Below are positions 1 to 8,516 of a stretch of 28,000 bases of DNA, piece by piece. The DNA is from a virus. Lineage: Duplodnaviria; Caudoviricetes. The DNA lies in the IMG/VR virus record IMGVR_UViG_3300023246_000243, positions 1 to 28,000 of that record; one strand, written 5' to 3'. The position numbers and the translations under genes were made by a program. The stretch's first letter is position 1, and the number at the start of each line of letters is the position of its first letter. A model generated the notes under the pieces. The model had not been told where the DNA came from. It saw nothing but the letters and a program-made list of their open reading frames with translations, and ran no database searches.

Positions 1-55
1 CTCTTGCGTTTTCTTCCCAATTACTTAACTTATCAATAGGCCAGGTTTCTTTCAT
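1..55 (-). CDS. 5' end of a ParB-like N-terminal domain protein (runs off the window)
   Basis: ATG at 55-53 with an AGGAG RBS at 66-62. Translates MKETWPIDKLSNWEENAR, resembling the 'I..L..W..NxR' start of phage ParB-like domain proteins. Only 18 codons are visible and it is not in the ORF track. Confidence 0.55.
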   Translation of the reverse strand, partial: MKETWPIDKLSNWEENAR

Positions 56-66
56 GTTTTACTCCT

Positions 67-513
67 TTTTTTGGATTAGCAGGTTGAAGCCAAAGCGAGG
101 GATACATACTAGGTAATATAGCTGTTATAAGAAGCCTATGTATTTCTTTCACCTGTTTAGTATCCACTTTTCTGGTTCAGGAGCAAACTACAAACCTAAA
201 TGCACTCGGGTAGGCCGGGCGGAAATTGCACCCTTAAACCCTATGCTCCCTACTTTGACTTAGCAGTATATCGCCTTGCTTCGGTCAAGCCATATCTTTT
301 TTATCTTTTAACCAGTTCTACGCACTTGCTTTATTTATACTCGTCTGGTGAGGTTGGCCACCTCTAATGCGTCGAGTATGAAAAGAAAAAGGGGCAAGAT
401 TAACAAAACCAAAAACCTTACCCCTAAAAAAACAACGGATGGTTCAACCGCTAAGCAAAAACCACCCGTTCTTTCAAGATTATTCTTTTTCTTAGCAGTT
501 GATTTAATCATCA
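67..513 (-). ncRNA. Putative structured leader / cis-encoded antisense RNA
   Basis: No credible CDS. Several stems (434-470, 390-425, 337-379, 172-315, 80-155); the first two have mismatches that become G-U pairs only on the minus strand. It lies downstream of a sigma70-like promoter. Confidence 0.45.
381..425 (-). terminator. Rho-independent terminator / attenuator
   Basis: Minus-strand RNA AGGGGUAAGGUU...AAUCUUGCCCCU forms a 12-bp stem with 2 G-U pairs, followed by UUUUCUUUU. Confidence 0.65.
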
Positions 514-519
514 AATTGA

Positions 520-548
520 ATTATGCCTCATTTGAATTAAAAAAGCAA
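520..548 (-). promoter_or_regulatory. Sigma70-type promoter
   Basis: Minus strand TTGCTT (548-543), 17-bp spacer, CATAAT (525-520). Confidence 0.6.
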
Positions 549-610
549 GCCCTTTCTTTGTATCTTCTTTTTACGCTTGAATTTGCCCTTAAAACCTTCG
601 GCTATGGCCT

Positions 611-682
611 AAGAAAAACTGCCCTACCCTGTTGAAGCCCAGATTGTTTTTTATTTGTAGCGGCTAACATAAGCAAGGCAGT
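611..682 (-). terminator. Possible terminator of the late/lysis operon
   Basis: Just after the holin stop, ACUGCCUUGCU (682-672) pairs with GGUAGGGCAGU (628-618), followed by UUUUCUU. The enclosed loop (~43 nt) is atypically large. Confidence 0.35.
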
Positions 683-689
683 CATTAAA

Positions 690-851
690 CTATTTCTTTA
701 AAACCCCGGCCATATCTATAGCACCCTCAATACCAACATATCCAAGAATCAAAGCAAGTGCTTGGTTGATATCACCACTTCCAATAAAGTAAACTGCTCC
801 GGCCACCGCGATAATTAATTTCCTACTTAACAACTTCTTTAAAAAATTCAC
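690..851 (-). CDS. Putative holin (53 aa)
   Basis: Not in the ORF track. GTG start after a GGGGGTGAG RBS. MNFLKKLLSRKLIIAVAGAVYFIGSGDINQALALILGYVGIEGAIDMAGVLKK has a basic 'SRK' N-terminus and two hydrophobic segments, and lies directly after the endolysin. Confidence 0.65.
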   Translation of the reverse strand: MNFLKKLLSRKLIIAVAGAVYFIGSGDINQALALILGYVGIEGAIDMAGVLKK

Positions 852-863
852 AATCTCACCCCC

Positions 864-1313
864 TTATACATGTCTTAAAACAATATTTTTATTTAAAACT
901 AATTTCGGATCAATAGATTCAAACTTCCTATTTTTTAATATTCTCATTTCCCAGTGAAGGTGTGGCCCGGTTGATCGGCCGGTGCTTCCTACATTACCAA
1001 TTAAATCGCCCTTTAGGATATGCTGGCCATTCCTTACTATTAAGCCATTCATCATATGAGCAAAGAAAATATTAAATAAACTTCCCTGTTCTGTAACCCC
1101 GGTCAATAAAATGTAATTACCAAATCCGTGAGGGTCATGCCCGATCATGGCTATCCCATCAGCGTTTGCGTAAACCGGTGTGGCTAAGTCTGCGGCGAAA
1201 TCCCAACCATGATGGAAGTCGTGCTTTGATTTACCCCCATTAAATGACAACCATCGCCAGCCATACCTTGAAGAAATTTTCCTATGTTTAATTAAAGGAT
1301 ATGCTAATTGCAT
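864..1313 (-). CDS. M23 family metallopeptidase (endolysin)
   Basis: HxxxD (HHGWD), FGNYI and GNVGSTGRSTGPHLHWE motifs. The true start is probably the ATG at 1313 (MQLAYPL), which has a GGTGA RBS and a TAATG overlap with the upstream stop. Confidence 0.9.
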   Translation of the reverse strand: MQLAYPLIKHRKISSRYGWRWLSFNGGKSKHDFHHGWDFAADLATPVYANADGIAMIGHDPHGFGNYILLTGVTEQGSLFNIFFAHMMNGLIVRNGQHILKGDLIGNVGSTGRSTGPHLHWEMRILKNRKFESIDPKLVLNKNIVLRHV

Positions 1314-1576
1314 TATCTCACCAAGGTCTTTAGAAATATCTCGACTGAATTTATTCCGGCTAAGAATGATAATATAACCATAATAATAACTCCCCATGTA
1401 AACTTTTCATTTATTTTATCAAGCGTCTTGTCCATTTTATTAAGACAAACCTTAGTTTCGGTTTCCTTTTGATTTAGCACTTTACCAAAAGCACAACCAT
1501 GCTTCTCGTTCTCATCTAGCTTATCTACGACCCGCAGTAAGATTGCCGCTTTAGTTTCGCCTGTGCCATTCATCAA
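1313..1576 (-). CDS. Small membrane protein, holin/antiholin-like
   Basis: Coiled-coil-like N-terminus with one C-terminal transmembrane segment (FTWGVIIMVILSFLAGI), between the tail fibre and the endolysin. Confidence 0.5.
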   Translation of the reverse strand: MMNGTGETKAAILLRVVDKLDENEKHGCAFGKVLNQKETETKVCLNKMDKTLDKINEKFTWGVIIMVILSFLAGINSVEIFLKTLVR

Positions 1577-2208
1577 TAAACCGCCCTTCTGATAATATTA
1601 AGAAATGAGCCGGCTACCATCATTTGACCCGGGCCACCAAGACTTGTTTGCGTCCTGATATCTAGCGTGTCGCCAATATTAAGAAAAACTCTAATGTCTA
1701 ATGGACAAAAAATTGTGCTTGCTACCATGCCTAAATTTCCAGTATATTCTCCACCATCTTGTTGTCCTGCTAATACACCATTAACAAATGCCGCAACCCT
1801 AGCAACCCCACCAATATTACTAATAATGGCCGCCCCTACATGAACTTCATAATAGCCATCATCTATTGCGGTTAAAACTCCCGTTATCGGGTCATAGTCG
1901 CCAACTAAATCATGTTGTTCAACATCGAAAACCATAACAGTCCAAGCCGGAGCCGGCCAAACTGATCTTGTAACAGATGTTTTTGCTAATACCTTCGTCG
2001 CATTTGCCATTATAATCTCACCCCCTAAATATAAATTTCTCCATCTAAAAGCCGGACTTCCTAAATCATAAGTATTATCGGTTTCAATCCCGACGGCGTT
2101 TAACGGCAATAAGGTTTGTAATCTATAATTAAAATTCCCCATTACCTGCGTCGCGTCTGTCGGCCATGTTTGGTTGCATGGATCATTTAGTATATTTGTC
2201 CAAACCAT
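1573..2208 (-). CDS. Tail fibre / receptor-binding protein with a C1q-like C-terminal domain
   Basis: Last tail gene. Has a DNTYDLGS..RWRNLY fibre-type motif. VFDVEQHDLVGDYDPITGVLTAIDDGYYEV matches the C1q/BclA-CTD pattern. Confidence 0.6.
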   Translation of the reverse strand: MVWTNILNDPCNQTWPTDATQVMGNFNYRLQTLLPLNAVGIETDNTYDLGSPAFRWRNLYLGGEIIMANATKVLAKTSVTRSVWPAPAWTVMVFDVEQHDLVGDYDPITGVLTAIDDGYYEVHVGAAIISNIGGVARVAAFVNGVLAGQQDGGEYTGNLGMVASTIFCPLDIRVFLNIGDTLDIRTQTSLGGPGQMMVAGSFLNIIRRAVY

Positions 2209-2211
2209 TTT

Positions 2212-3678
2212 TTAAACCCTCCTCATTTTAAAATCACAAGTAAAATTCATAACATTATAATTTATTTTTATTACCTTCATCCCTGCGTCTTGAATCGTTA
2301 TCCCACCGAGCCGGCCAGTCCAATAACCTTTATTCCACCAACCCGGATTACATAATCCAACATTCCAAAAATAAGCCGGACTCTTTGCCGGCACGCCGGT
2401 ATAGGTTACAGTTAAAGGATCAAGTAATTTTAAATGAGGAATAAATTTTGTATGCAAAGTTATTTCTTCCTTATTTAAAACAAACTCACCCAAAATATCT
2501 CTCGCTATTGCAGTCTTTAAAGTATTATCTGTTACGAACGGATTGTCTATTTCATAAATCTGCACACCATTTTTCCATGAACTAGACGAATCACCCGGAG
2601 CCCAACTTGCTTCTTCAATCGCAATCTTTGGCTCGCTATCCTTCCATTCAACCCTATTTATTACTTTTTTAATCCCATCATTATATTCAGAAGCACCCAA
2701 GATATTTACATTCAAACCCTGATTCGTAAATTCAAACACACTAGCCCCGATTGGAGCCCTAGATAGAAATCTTAAAAAGAAAGATGGATCAACAAACCAA
2801 ACAGAATTACTTATCTCTGCTAATTTATCCAAAGCGTCTTTGCATGTCATGCCGGTAAAATCTGCAATATCAACTGTGATATTATTTCCCGGTGCAGTTT
2901 GTGTTCCCTCTAATATCCCGCCAAAAACACTACCACCCCTTTTGGTTAAACTGTAAATATATACAACTAATTCAAAGATTGTTTTTCCTCGATACCATCT
3001 TGTTTGGCCAAAATTATAAGTATCACCGGCAGTAAAAATATTATTCTGCACTCGTAAAGTTGTGCCATTAACATAACCGGTTACTTTTGTCTTTTCGCCG
3101 GTAGTAACATTGTGAACCTCTAGGCCGTTATAATATTTATCAAAGGTTGCGGCAGTATCAATAAGCTGATCGGCTACCGTTGCCGTTGTAACTCCTCCAC
3201 CTAAAATGCCATCATTAACATCTTCTGCTGATTGTTCTTCAAACATCATTGTAGGGCTTACGCATGGAATAGTTATCGTGCTATCTGATTCAGCATTTAT
3301 TTCTGTTCCATCTACAAGCCCGGCTCCAATGTCGTAAGGGTATTCTACCCCGGTTACGGAATCTATATATCCGGCTGTTATTTTAACTTTAGTTTTATGC
3401 CTTGATAAAAAACCTGAAAATTTACTGCCTGAATAAGTTTCCGGGGCAAACTCCTGCAACCTGTTTACCATTGTTAAAGTAAAATCGCCCTGTGTAAAAT
3501 CATTAACTTCTACATCGTCAACATTCCAAGTAATATCTGACGCTTCTAAAAGCCAATCAGTAATATCTTGCCAATTAGGTTCGTAATAATTAGGCCAAAC
3601 TCCATTGACATATTTACGTTTCATGTAAACCCGTTTAAAACAATATTGATAATCCTTATTTATTTCATCAATAAGCAT
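2212..3678 (-). CDS. Tail tip / baseplate hub-like protein
   Basis: Second gene after the tape measure. 'DALDKLAEISNSVWFVDPSFFLRF' is typical of hub/Tal proteins. Confidence 0.6.
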   Translation of the reverse strand: MLIDEINKDYQYCFKRVYMKRKYVNGVWPNYYEPNWQDITDWLLEASDITWNVDDVEVNDFTQGDFTLTMVNRLQEFAPETYSGSKFSGFLSRHKTKVKITAGYIDSVTGVEYPYDIGAGLVDGTEINAESDSTITIPCVSPTMMFEEQSAEDVNDGILGGGVTTATVADQLIDTAATFDKYYNGLEVHNVTTGEKTKVTGYVNGTTLRVQNNIFTAGDTYNFGQTRWYRGKTIFELVVYIYSLTKRGGSVFGGILEGTQTAPGNNITVDIADFTGMTCKDALDKLAEISNSVWFVDPSFFLRFLSRAPIGASVFEFTNQGLNVNILGASEYNDGIKKVINRVEWKDSEPKIAIEEASWAPGDSSSSWKNGVQIYEIDNPFVTDNTLKTAIARDILGEFVLNKEEITLHTKFIPHLKLLDPLTVTYTGVPAKSPAYFWNVGLCNPGWWNKGYWTGRLGGITIQDAGMKVIKINYNVMNFTCDFKMRRV

Positions 3679-4442
3679 TAAGTTTCCTTTACCTCGACCG
3701 TTCCTTTATAACATCTTTCACCAGTTGCCGGATCCCAACCAATAATCTTTTGAAAGTTAAAATCATTTTCCCAGTTTACATAATATTGAAGTAATAAATC
3801 ATCATCATCAGGTAATAACCAAGTAGATTGATGAGTAAGTTTTAATGCTAGAAAATCTTCAACTAATGGTTTTGGCAATATTGCAAACTCAAAAGCGTTT
3901 TGATATTTAGGATACATAGTTTCAACAATAACCAAACTGCCGCCATCTTGTTTTTCATGAATACTTTTTTTGGTGTAGCCTGTAAAATCTTCGCTTTCAG
4001 GCAACCACTCGTCGATAATATCAACCGCGTTTAAGTAACACATAAATTCACCGATTCGTTTCTCATCATTAGGTGGATTAGTTAGTTGTGTTGTTATCAA
4101 TACGGCTTGCGTGGTTATTGGCGTAAACCCATATAACACACTACCATCAGCATTAGTAAACTCTTGGATAAGAGGAGCAAAATCAGTCCAAAGAAAAGGC
4201 CAAGCCGGGTTTCTATAATAAATATGATAACTTTTTAAATTAAAATTCCTTAAACAAATATGGTCGAATGTTTTAAATCCGGGCCACCAAATAGATAATG
4301 CTTCGGCAATACCATCATTACTTCCAACAGAAGCCCATTGAGAATTAACATTCCTATCCCAAATATTATCAGAAGTTCCAGCACCGCTTGACACGACTAT
4401 GCCCGAAGTATCTTCTGTCCAATTCTTTCCAAAAAATTTCAT
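3678..4442 (-). CDS. Distal tail-like protein (possible carbohydrate-binding N-terminal domain)
   Basis: Immediately after the tape measure with an ATGA overlap. Beta-rich, with a discoidin-like 'NIWDRNVNSQW' start. Confidence 0.5.
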   Translation of the reverse strand: MKFFGKNWTEDTSGIVVSSGAGTSDNIWDRNVNSQWASVGSNDGIAEALSIWWPGFKTFDHICLRNFNLKSYHIYYRNPAWPFLWTDFAPLIQEFTNADGSVLYGFTPITTQAVLITTQLTNPPNDEKRIGEFMCYLNAVDIIDEWLPESEDFTGYTKKSIHEKQDGGSLVIVETMYPKYQNAFEFAILPKPLVEDFLALKLTHQSTWLLPDDDDLLLQYYVNWENDFNFQKIIGWDPATGERCYKGTVEVKET

Positions 4443-6130
4443 ACTGTTATATTCCTTCTGTCTAGTTTATTGATATTATCTTTAACCATCTTAGCAAAAG
4501 CCCGGGCGTCGGCCGGCTTACCCATAAAAGCCCCGGTCTGAATAGTTATATTAGCACCGATACCGCCCTTGTTTAATGGGATAACCGCTTCTGGCCCGGC
4601 TTCGCCGATAATTGCATTGGTAGGTCTTGTTACAATTCCACCCTTAGCAAGCTTAACTGCGTTGATTGCCGCAAGGCCTGTGGCTACTGCGGCCGCAATA
4701 ATAGGCAAACTAGCAAGGCTACCGCCCATAGTCATTGGAGCAGAAGCAAATGCTTTAGCGGTTTCTGCCGCACCCCACGCTTGAATCTCACCCCTCAATC
4801 GTTTCTTTACACCTTCTTCAAATGCCATATTCATAGTGTCTTTATAGACATCACCGGCTTCACGCTGTTCAGTTTGTAGCCCGGAATAAGTGTCTGCATT
4901 TACTTTTAATTGGGCGTCTGATTCTTCTTTTGTTTTTGCTGTTGTTTGTTTTGTTGATTTTTGCTTTGATTCTTCTGCTTTTTTCTGTGCTTCCCGGTCT
5001 GCCGCCATTTGTTCAGCAAATGTTTTTGCTCTTTTTTCAGCCTCACCTTTAGCGAACTCGGTTACTTTTGCTTGAGCCGCGTTTGTATCTTTAACCCAAG
5101 TGTCCATCTTTTTGCCAACAAAACTCATTACCTTGGTAACCAATCCAATAACTTTTTTAATTGGCTCGATTATAAAATTATAAATTGCTTGGCCAACTAA
5201 TTTAACTACATTCATAAGCCCTTGATTTTGTTTAACGGTATAAGCAATGGCGTTACTTAATTCACCTAACCAGTTATAGCCTTCAATAATAAAATCTGTA
5301 AATCTACCAAGTGCCTTTATTGAAAGTGTCAAAGCAGGAATCAATTTATCAAATAAATCTGCAATTATACTTCCTATTTTTTCTTTAAAATCTCCAAATT
5401 GATTTGATAATTGTTTCATCCGGCCGACACTGGTTAAAGCACTTCCCTCTGCAAAGCCTTTAAAGTTCTGATCCATTATCTCGGTTAATACATTTATTTT
5501 TTCTTCGCCCTCGGCAAGATTAAATGCTTCGCGTTGAACGTCGGACATTACAATTCCATATCTACCTAATGCACCGGCTCCCATCGTCATTGACTTACCT
5601 ACGGCGACGGCGATATCTTGTAATTCAACCTCTGTGCCGGATAGTTTTTGAACAGAAGCCGCCATATCTAAAAGACGAGGGGTTAATTTTTTCAATGAAT
5701 CTTTTTGTAATGCAAAAGTTGAAAGCATTGCCATAGCATTTGCAATTTGTTCATCGCCGAAAGTAGTAACTTTTTGTAATGCCTTAGCTTCTTCCATTAA
5801 GGCCGCGGTGTCCTCTTTAACTAGATCAGTTCTTTTCCCGGTTAAGTCGGCCACGTTTTGAATACCAGCCGCAAGCTTGGCTTCTGCTAATTCTTGTTTT
5901 TGAAATGCTTTTGTTGAACTGGTAACAAAATCAACAACACCTCTGGTTAAAGTTTGGAAAAGATTTACCGCTAAAATACCTTTAGCAAAACTCATCCATT
6001 GCGATTTCATTCCGCTAAAAGTTTTTTTTGCCTTTTTCTCGACCTTGCCTAAACCCTTTTGGATATCCTCAAGCCCCCGGCCAGATTTAACCGCACGATA
6101 TATTAATTTAATTTCTTTTTCAGTCGCCAT
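4439..6130 (-). CDS. Tail tape measure protein (563 aa)
   Basis: Helical and Ala/Lys-rich. C-terminal LAKGGIVTRPTNAIIGEAGPEAVIPL signature. Located downstream of the tail tube. Confidence 0.9.
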   Translation of the reverse strand: MATEKEIKLIYRAVKSGRGLEDIQKGLGKVEKKAKKTFSGMKSQWMSFAKGILAVNLFQTLTRGVVDFVTSSTKAFQKQELAEAKLAAGIQNVADLTGKRTDLVKEDTAALMEEAKALQKVTTFGDEQIANAMAMLSTFALQKDSLKKLTPRLLDMAASVQKLSGTEVELQDIAVAVGKSMTMGAGALGRYGIVMSDVQREAFNLAEGEEKINVLTEIMDQNFKGFAEGSALTSVGRMKQLSNQFGDFKEKIGSIIADLFDKLIPALTLSIKALGRFTDFIIEGYNWLGELSNAIAYTVKQNQGLMNVVKLVGQAIYNFIIEPIKKVIGLVTKVMSFVGKKMDTWVKDTNAAQAKVTEFAKGEAEKRAKTFAEQMAADREAQKKAEESKQKSTKQTTAKTKEESDAQLKVNADTYSGLQTEQREAGDVYKDTMNMAFEEGVKKRLRGEIQAWGAAETAKAFASAPMTMGGSLASLPIIAAAVATGLAAINAVKLAKGGIVTRPTNAIIGEAGPEAVIPLNKGGIGANITIQTGAFMGKPADARAFAKMVKDNINKLDRRNITV

Positions 6131-6341
6131 GTCTTTGCATTGCCTTTATCTCCATATCTGCAATCTTTGCCTGCAATAGAGCCATCTTTGCATGAAGATT
6201 ATATAAGTTTATAAGAGTAATGATTAAGCCAATAAAAATAAATAGGGGTGCTAAATCAAATCTAATGATAAGATATAACGCCCCTACTACGAATAGAATA
6301 TTTAAAACTATTTGAATTGCTTTAGCCCATTTAGGTAACAT
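6120..6341 (-). CDS. Small two-transmembrane protein of unknown function
   Basis: GAGGT RBS, two long hydrophobic segments, overlaps the tape measure start. Confidence 0.6.
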   Translation of the reverse strand: MLPKWAKAIQIVLNILFVVGALYLIIRFDLAPLFIFIGLIITLINLYNLHAKMALLQAKIADMEIKAMQRHGD

Positions 6342-6351
6342 ATTATTACCT

Positions 6352-7317
6352 CTAGTGAACTGCTACGCCATCATATAAATAAACATGCAATGGAGTATTT
6401 ACCCCATAAATGTTATCCGCAAAACACTCGAACTCAATAGGCTGTGTCAATAGTTCAGAAGCACCAACCTCTGGCATATTATTTTTGTATCTTACCAACG
6501 GCATATCGATAATCATTTGGTAAGGTTGGCCCGGGGCAATTTCTTCGCTTGAAGTATAAATAACCCGGAGTGCCATATCTGTGAATTGGAAAAATCTTTC
6601 ATATTCATCCCAGTTTTCAAAGTCGATTGTAAATGAACCACCAAAGATGGGCCTATCAAGTAATGGCTGATTCATTATGGTTTGGCCTCCGCCGACCTTC
6701 CAATTCTCTTGCTTTATTGAACGATTATATTTTAGATTTACATCATCACAATAATAAGTTACTGCCCCGGCGTTAGCGGTGAGTGCCGCTTGCCAAAATA
6801 CAAAAGGAAATGTTTCGGTATAAACTGCGGCCTCGGCAACACCGGCGTCCTCTCGACTACCGGCTCCGATTGCTTCAACCTCAAGCAGATTTTCGTTATC
6901 TTGCGTTAAGTTTAATTCACCAATCTTAAAACCACTACAATCTCTTGGTAAAGTTAATCCTTTTCGCATTGTAACTGAAAGCTGTCTTGCGGCGGCAGTT
7001 CCTTCAATATATTCATGTCTTACAACACCCGGGGCAATTACAACATCAGATATTGCGTCGCCCAAGAATGAAGCCCAAGTTAATCCCATAACGTGCGGAT
7101 AACCATTAAAAGTAAACCCACCGTTTAATGCTCGTCTGCCTTGAACAGGCACATGAGCAAACCGGCTCGCCCTCATCTCCGAGCCTCTCTCTAACCACGC
7201 CATATCCCCTTTTATATTTTCTTTTTTCAAAGGCACGAATAGCGTCGGTGCTTGATATACACCCCAAATATTTTCTTTTGTTAATCCGAGATAACTATCA
7301 TATCCATAATTAGGCAT
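6352..7317 (-). CDS. Major tail tube protein
   Basis: 'YLGLTKENIWGVY...' N-terminus, 321 aa, positioned between the tail terminator and the tape measure. No sheath gene is seen. Confidence 0.75.
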   Translation of the reverse strand: MPNYGYDSYLGLTKENIWGVYQAPTLFVPLKKENIKGDMAWLERGSEMRASRFAHVPVQGRRALNGGFTFNGYPHVMGLTWASFLGDAISDVVIAPGVVRHEYIEGTAAARQLSVTMRKGLTLPRDCSGFKIGELNLTQDNENLLEVEAIGAGSREDAGVAEAAVYTETFPFVFWQAALTANAGAVTYYCDDVNLKYNRSIKQENWKVGGGQTIMNQPLLDRPIFGGSFTIDFENWDEYERFFQFTDMALRVIYTSSEEIAPGQPYQMIIDMPLVRYKNNMPEVGASELLTQPIEFECFADNIYGVNTPLHVYLYDGVAVH

Positions 7318-7600
7318 TTAGTGTGTCCTCCTCTATTTTTTTATCTTCTTTTACTTCTTCAACAGGTTGACCAATTTCATCCTCGACTACTTGCTCTATT
7401 GGCTTTTCAACCTTTTGTTCTTTTGGTTTTTCGTTTGATTCCCATTCCGGCGTTGAAGTTCTCGTCGATAAATCCATTAAACTTTTATAATCCTTTTCAG
7501 ATATTCTTATTACTTGTCCGGGTTTTATATTCCCGATATATCCTCCATCAATACCTTGAACCGAGCATGGCCTATCTCCGATATATTTAATCTTTTTCAT
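7310..7600 (-). CDS. Hypothetical protein with an acidic C-terminal tail
   Basis: AGGAG RBS and coupled to the tail tube gene. Confidence 0.6.
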   Translation of the reverse strand: MKKIKYIGDRPCSVQGIDGGYIGNIKPGQVIRISEKDYKSLMDLSTRTSTPEWESNEKPKEQKVEKPIEQVVEDEIGQPVEEVKEDKKIEEDTLNA

Positions 7601-7611
7601 TTTTCACTCCT

Positions 7612-8106
7612 TTATCTTTGTCCTACAAAGAAATATCGACAATCACAAACTATTTCAATAACCACATGAGCAGAAACATTCTGCCCAATATTGTCATAAC
7701 CGGCTGTCCTAATTTTTGGAAAATGAGCCGTGTTATCATAACTTAAATCATCTGTCGTTCCATCTGGTTTCATTTCAAGAGCATTTTTTATGTCTGCTTC
7801 TAATTTATAAAGCCCAATAAAATTTGAGGTTGGATCCTCAAACATAACATCTTTTTTATACTCAATCCGATCTTTAACATAAAGAATACCCCGGATTTCT
7901 AAAACCAAAAAATCTTGTTTTCGTTTTGGAAAGTCGGCATATTCTTCATCAGCACCCATAGCACTAACCACAATACAAGGCATATCAGCCGATAAAACAA
8001 CATCGCGGTTAAAATCGTGAATGTTTTTAATATAGGCCGCAAGCGTAGGGTTTCCCCTTAACCTTTTCATAACCTCAATATGAACATTGCCTTTATTGGT
8101 TGCCAT
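7612..8106 (-). CDS. Putative tail terminator / tail completion protein
   Basis: Position and size fit; 'MPCIVV' strand is typical of tail terminators. Confidence 0.55.
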   Translation of the reverse strand: MATNKGNVHIEVMKRLRGNPTLAAYIKNIHDFNRDVVLSADMPCIVVSAMGADEEYADFPKRKQDFLVLEIRGILYVKDRIEYKKDVMFEDPTSNFIGLYKLEADIKNALEMKPDGTTDDLSYDNTAHFPKIRTAGYDNIGQNVSAHVVIEIVCDCRYFFVGQR

Positions 8107-8516
8107 TATTTAAAAACTCCATCAATCATTTGTAATATTTTTCGTTCCAATCGTCTATCAATAGCGTCAAAGGTTTCATTAACAACATCAAGGAATTTTT
8201 TGCCGGGTGATATCCTAATTCCTTTAGGAGCTCCTGCAAACTTACTTTTTTTCTTTTTACCATATCTTATTTTAGGCGTATAACCAACTCGGTTAATAAC
8301 TTGCCATGATAATTGATTAAGCCTTCTAGGAGCACCCCAAGCACGCCTTGATAGCCCAGTGTCTTGAGGATTGGCCCTCTTGACCTCTTTGTTTAACTCA
8401 AGTGCGGCGTTTCTAATCGTATCTCCAAGCCCATCAACAATTTTATCTTGTGTTTCAATTAGCCATTTAATATGCTTAGCCAAATTAGGTTTCCATTGTG
8501 TTTTTACTTCTACCAT
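8106..8516 (-). CDS. HK97 gp10-like tail component
   Basis: 'PQDTGLSRRAW', 'VINRVGYTPKIRYG' and 'PGKKFL' match the PVDTG.LR.S / N...YA..VEYG / PFL pattern. Confidence 0.75.
   Translation of the reverse strand: MVEVKTQWKPNLAKHIKWLIETQDKIVDGLGDTIRNAALELNKEVKRANPQDTGLSRRAWGAPRRLNQLSWQVINRVGYTPKIRYGKKKKSKFAGAPKGIRISPGKKFLDVVNETFDAIDRRLERKILQMIDGVFK

Noticed and set aside
348-635. 95-aa plus-strand ORF
   Set aside because: GTG start without a clear RBS, no recognisable motif, and it overlaps the minus-strand promoter and hairpins.
852-1325. Archaeal host suggested by GGTGA-type RBSs
   Set aside because: The M23 peptidoglycan peptidase, sigma70-type promoters and sigma region-4 protein point to a bacterial host, and GGTGA also fits the bacterial anti-SD.
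1314-1397. N-terminal extension of the M23 ORF in the track
   Set aside because: It overlaps the upstream gene. The ATG at 1313 has an RBS and TAATG coupling.
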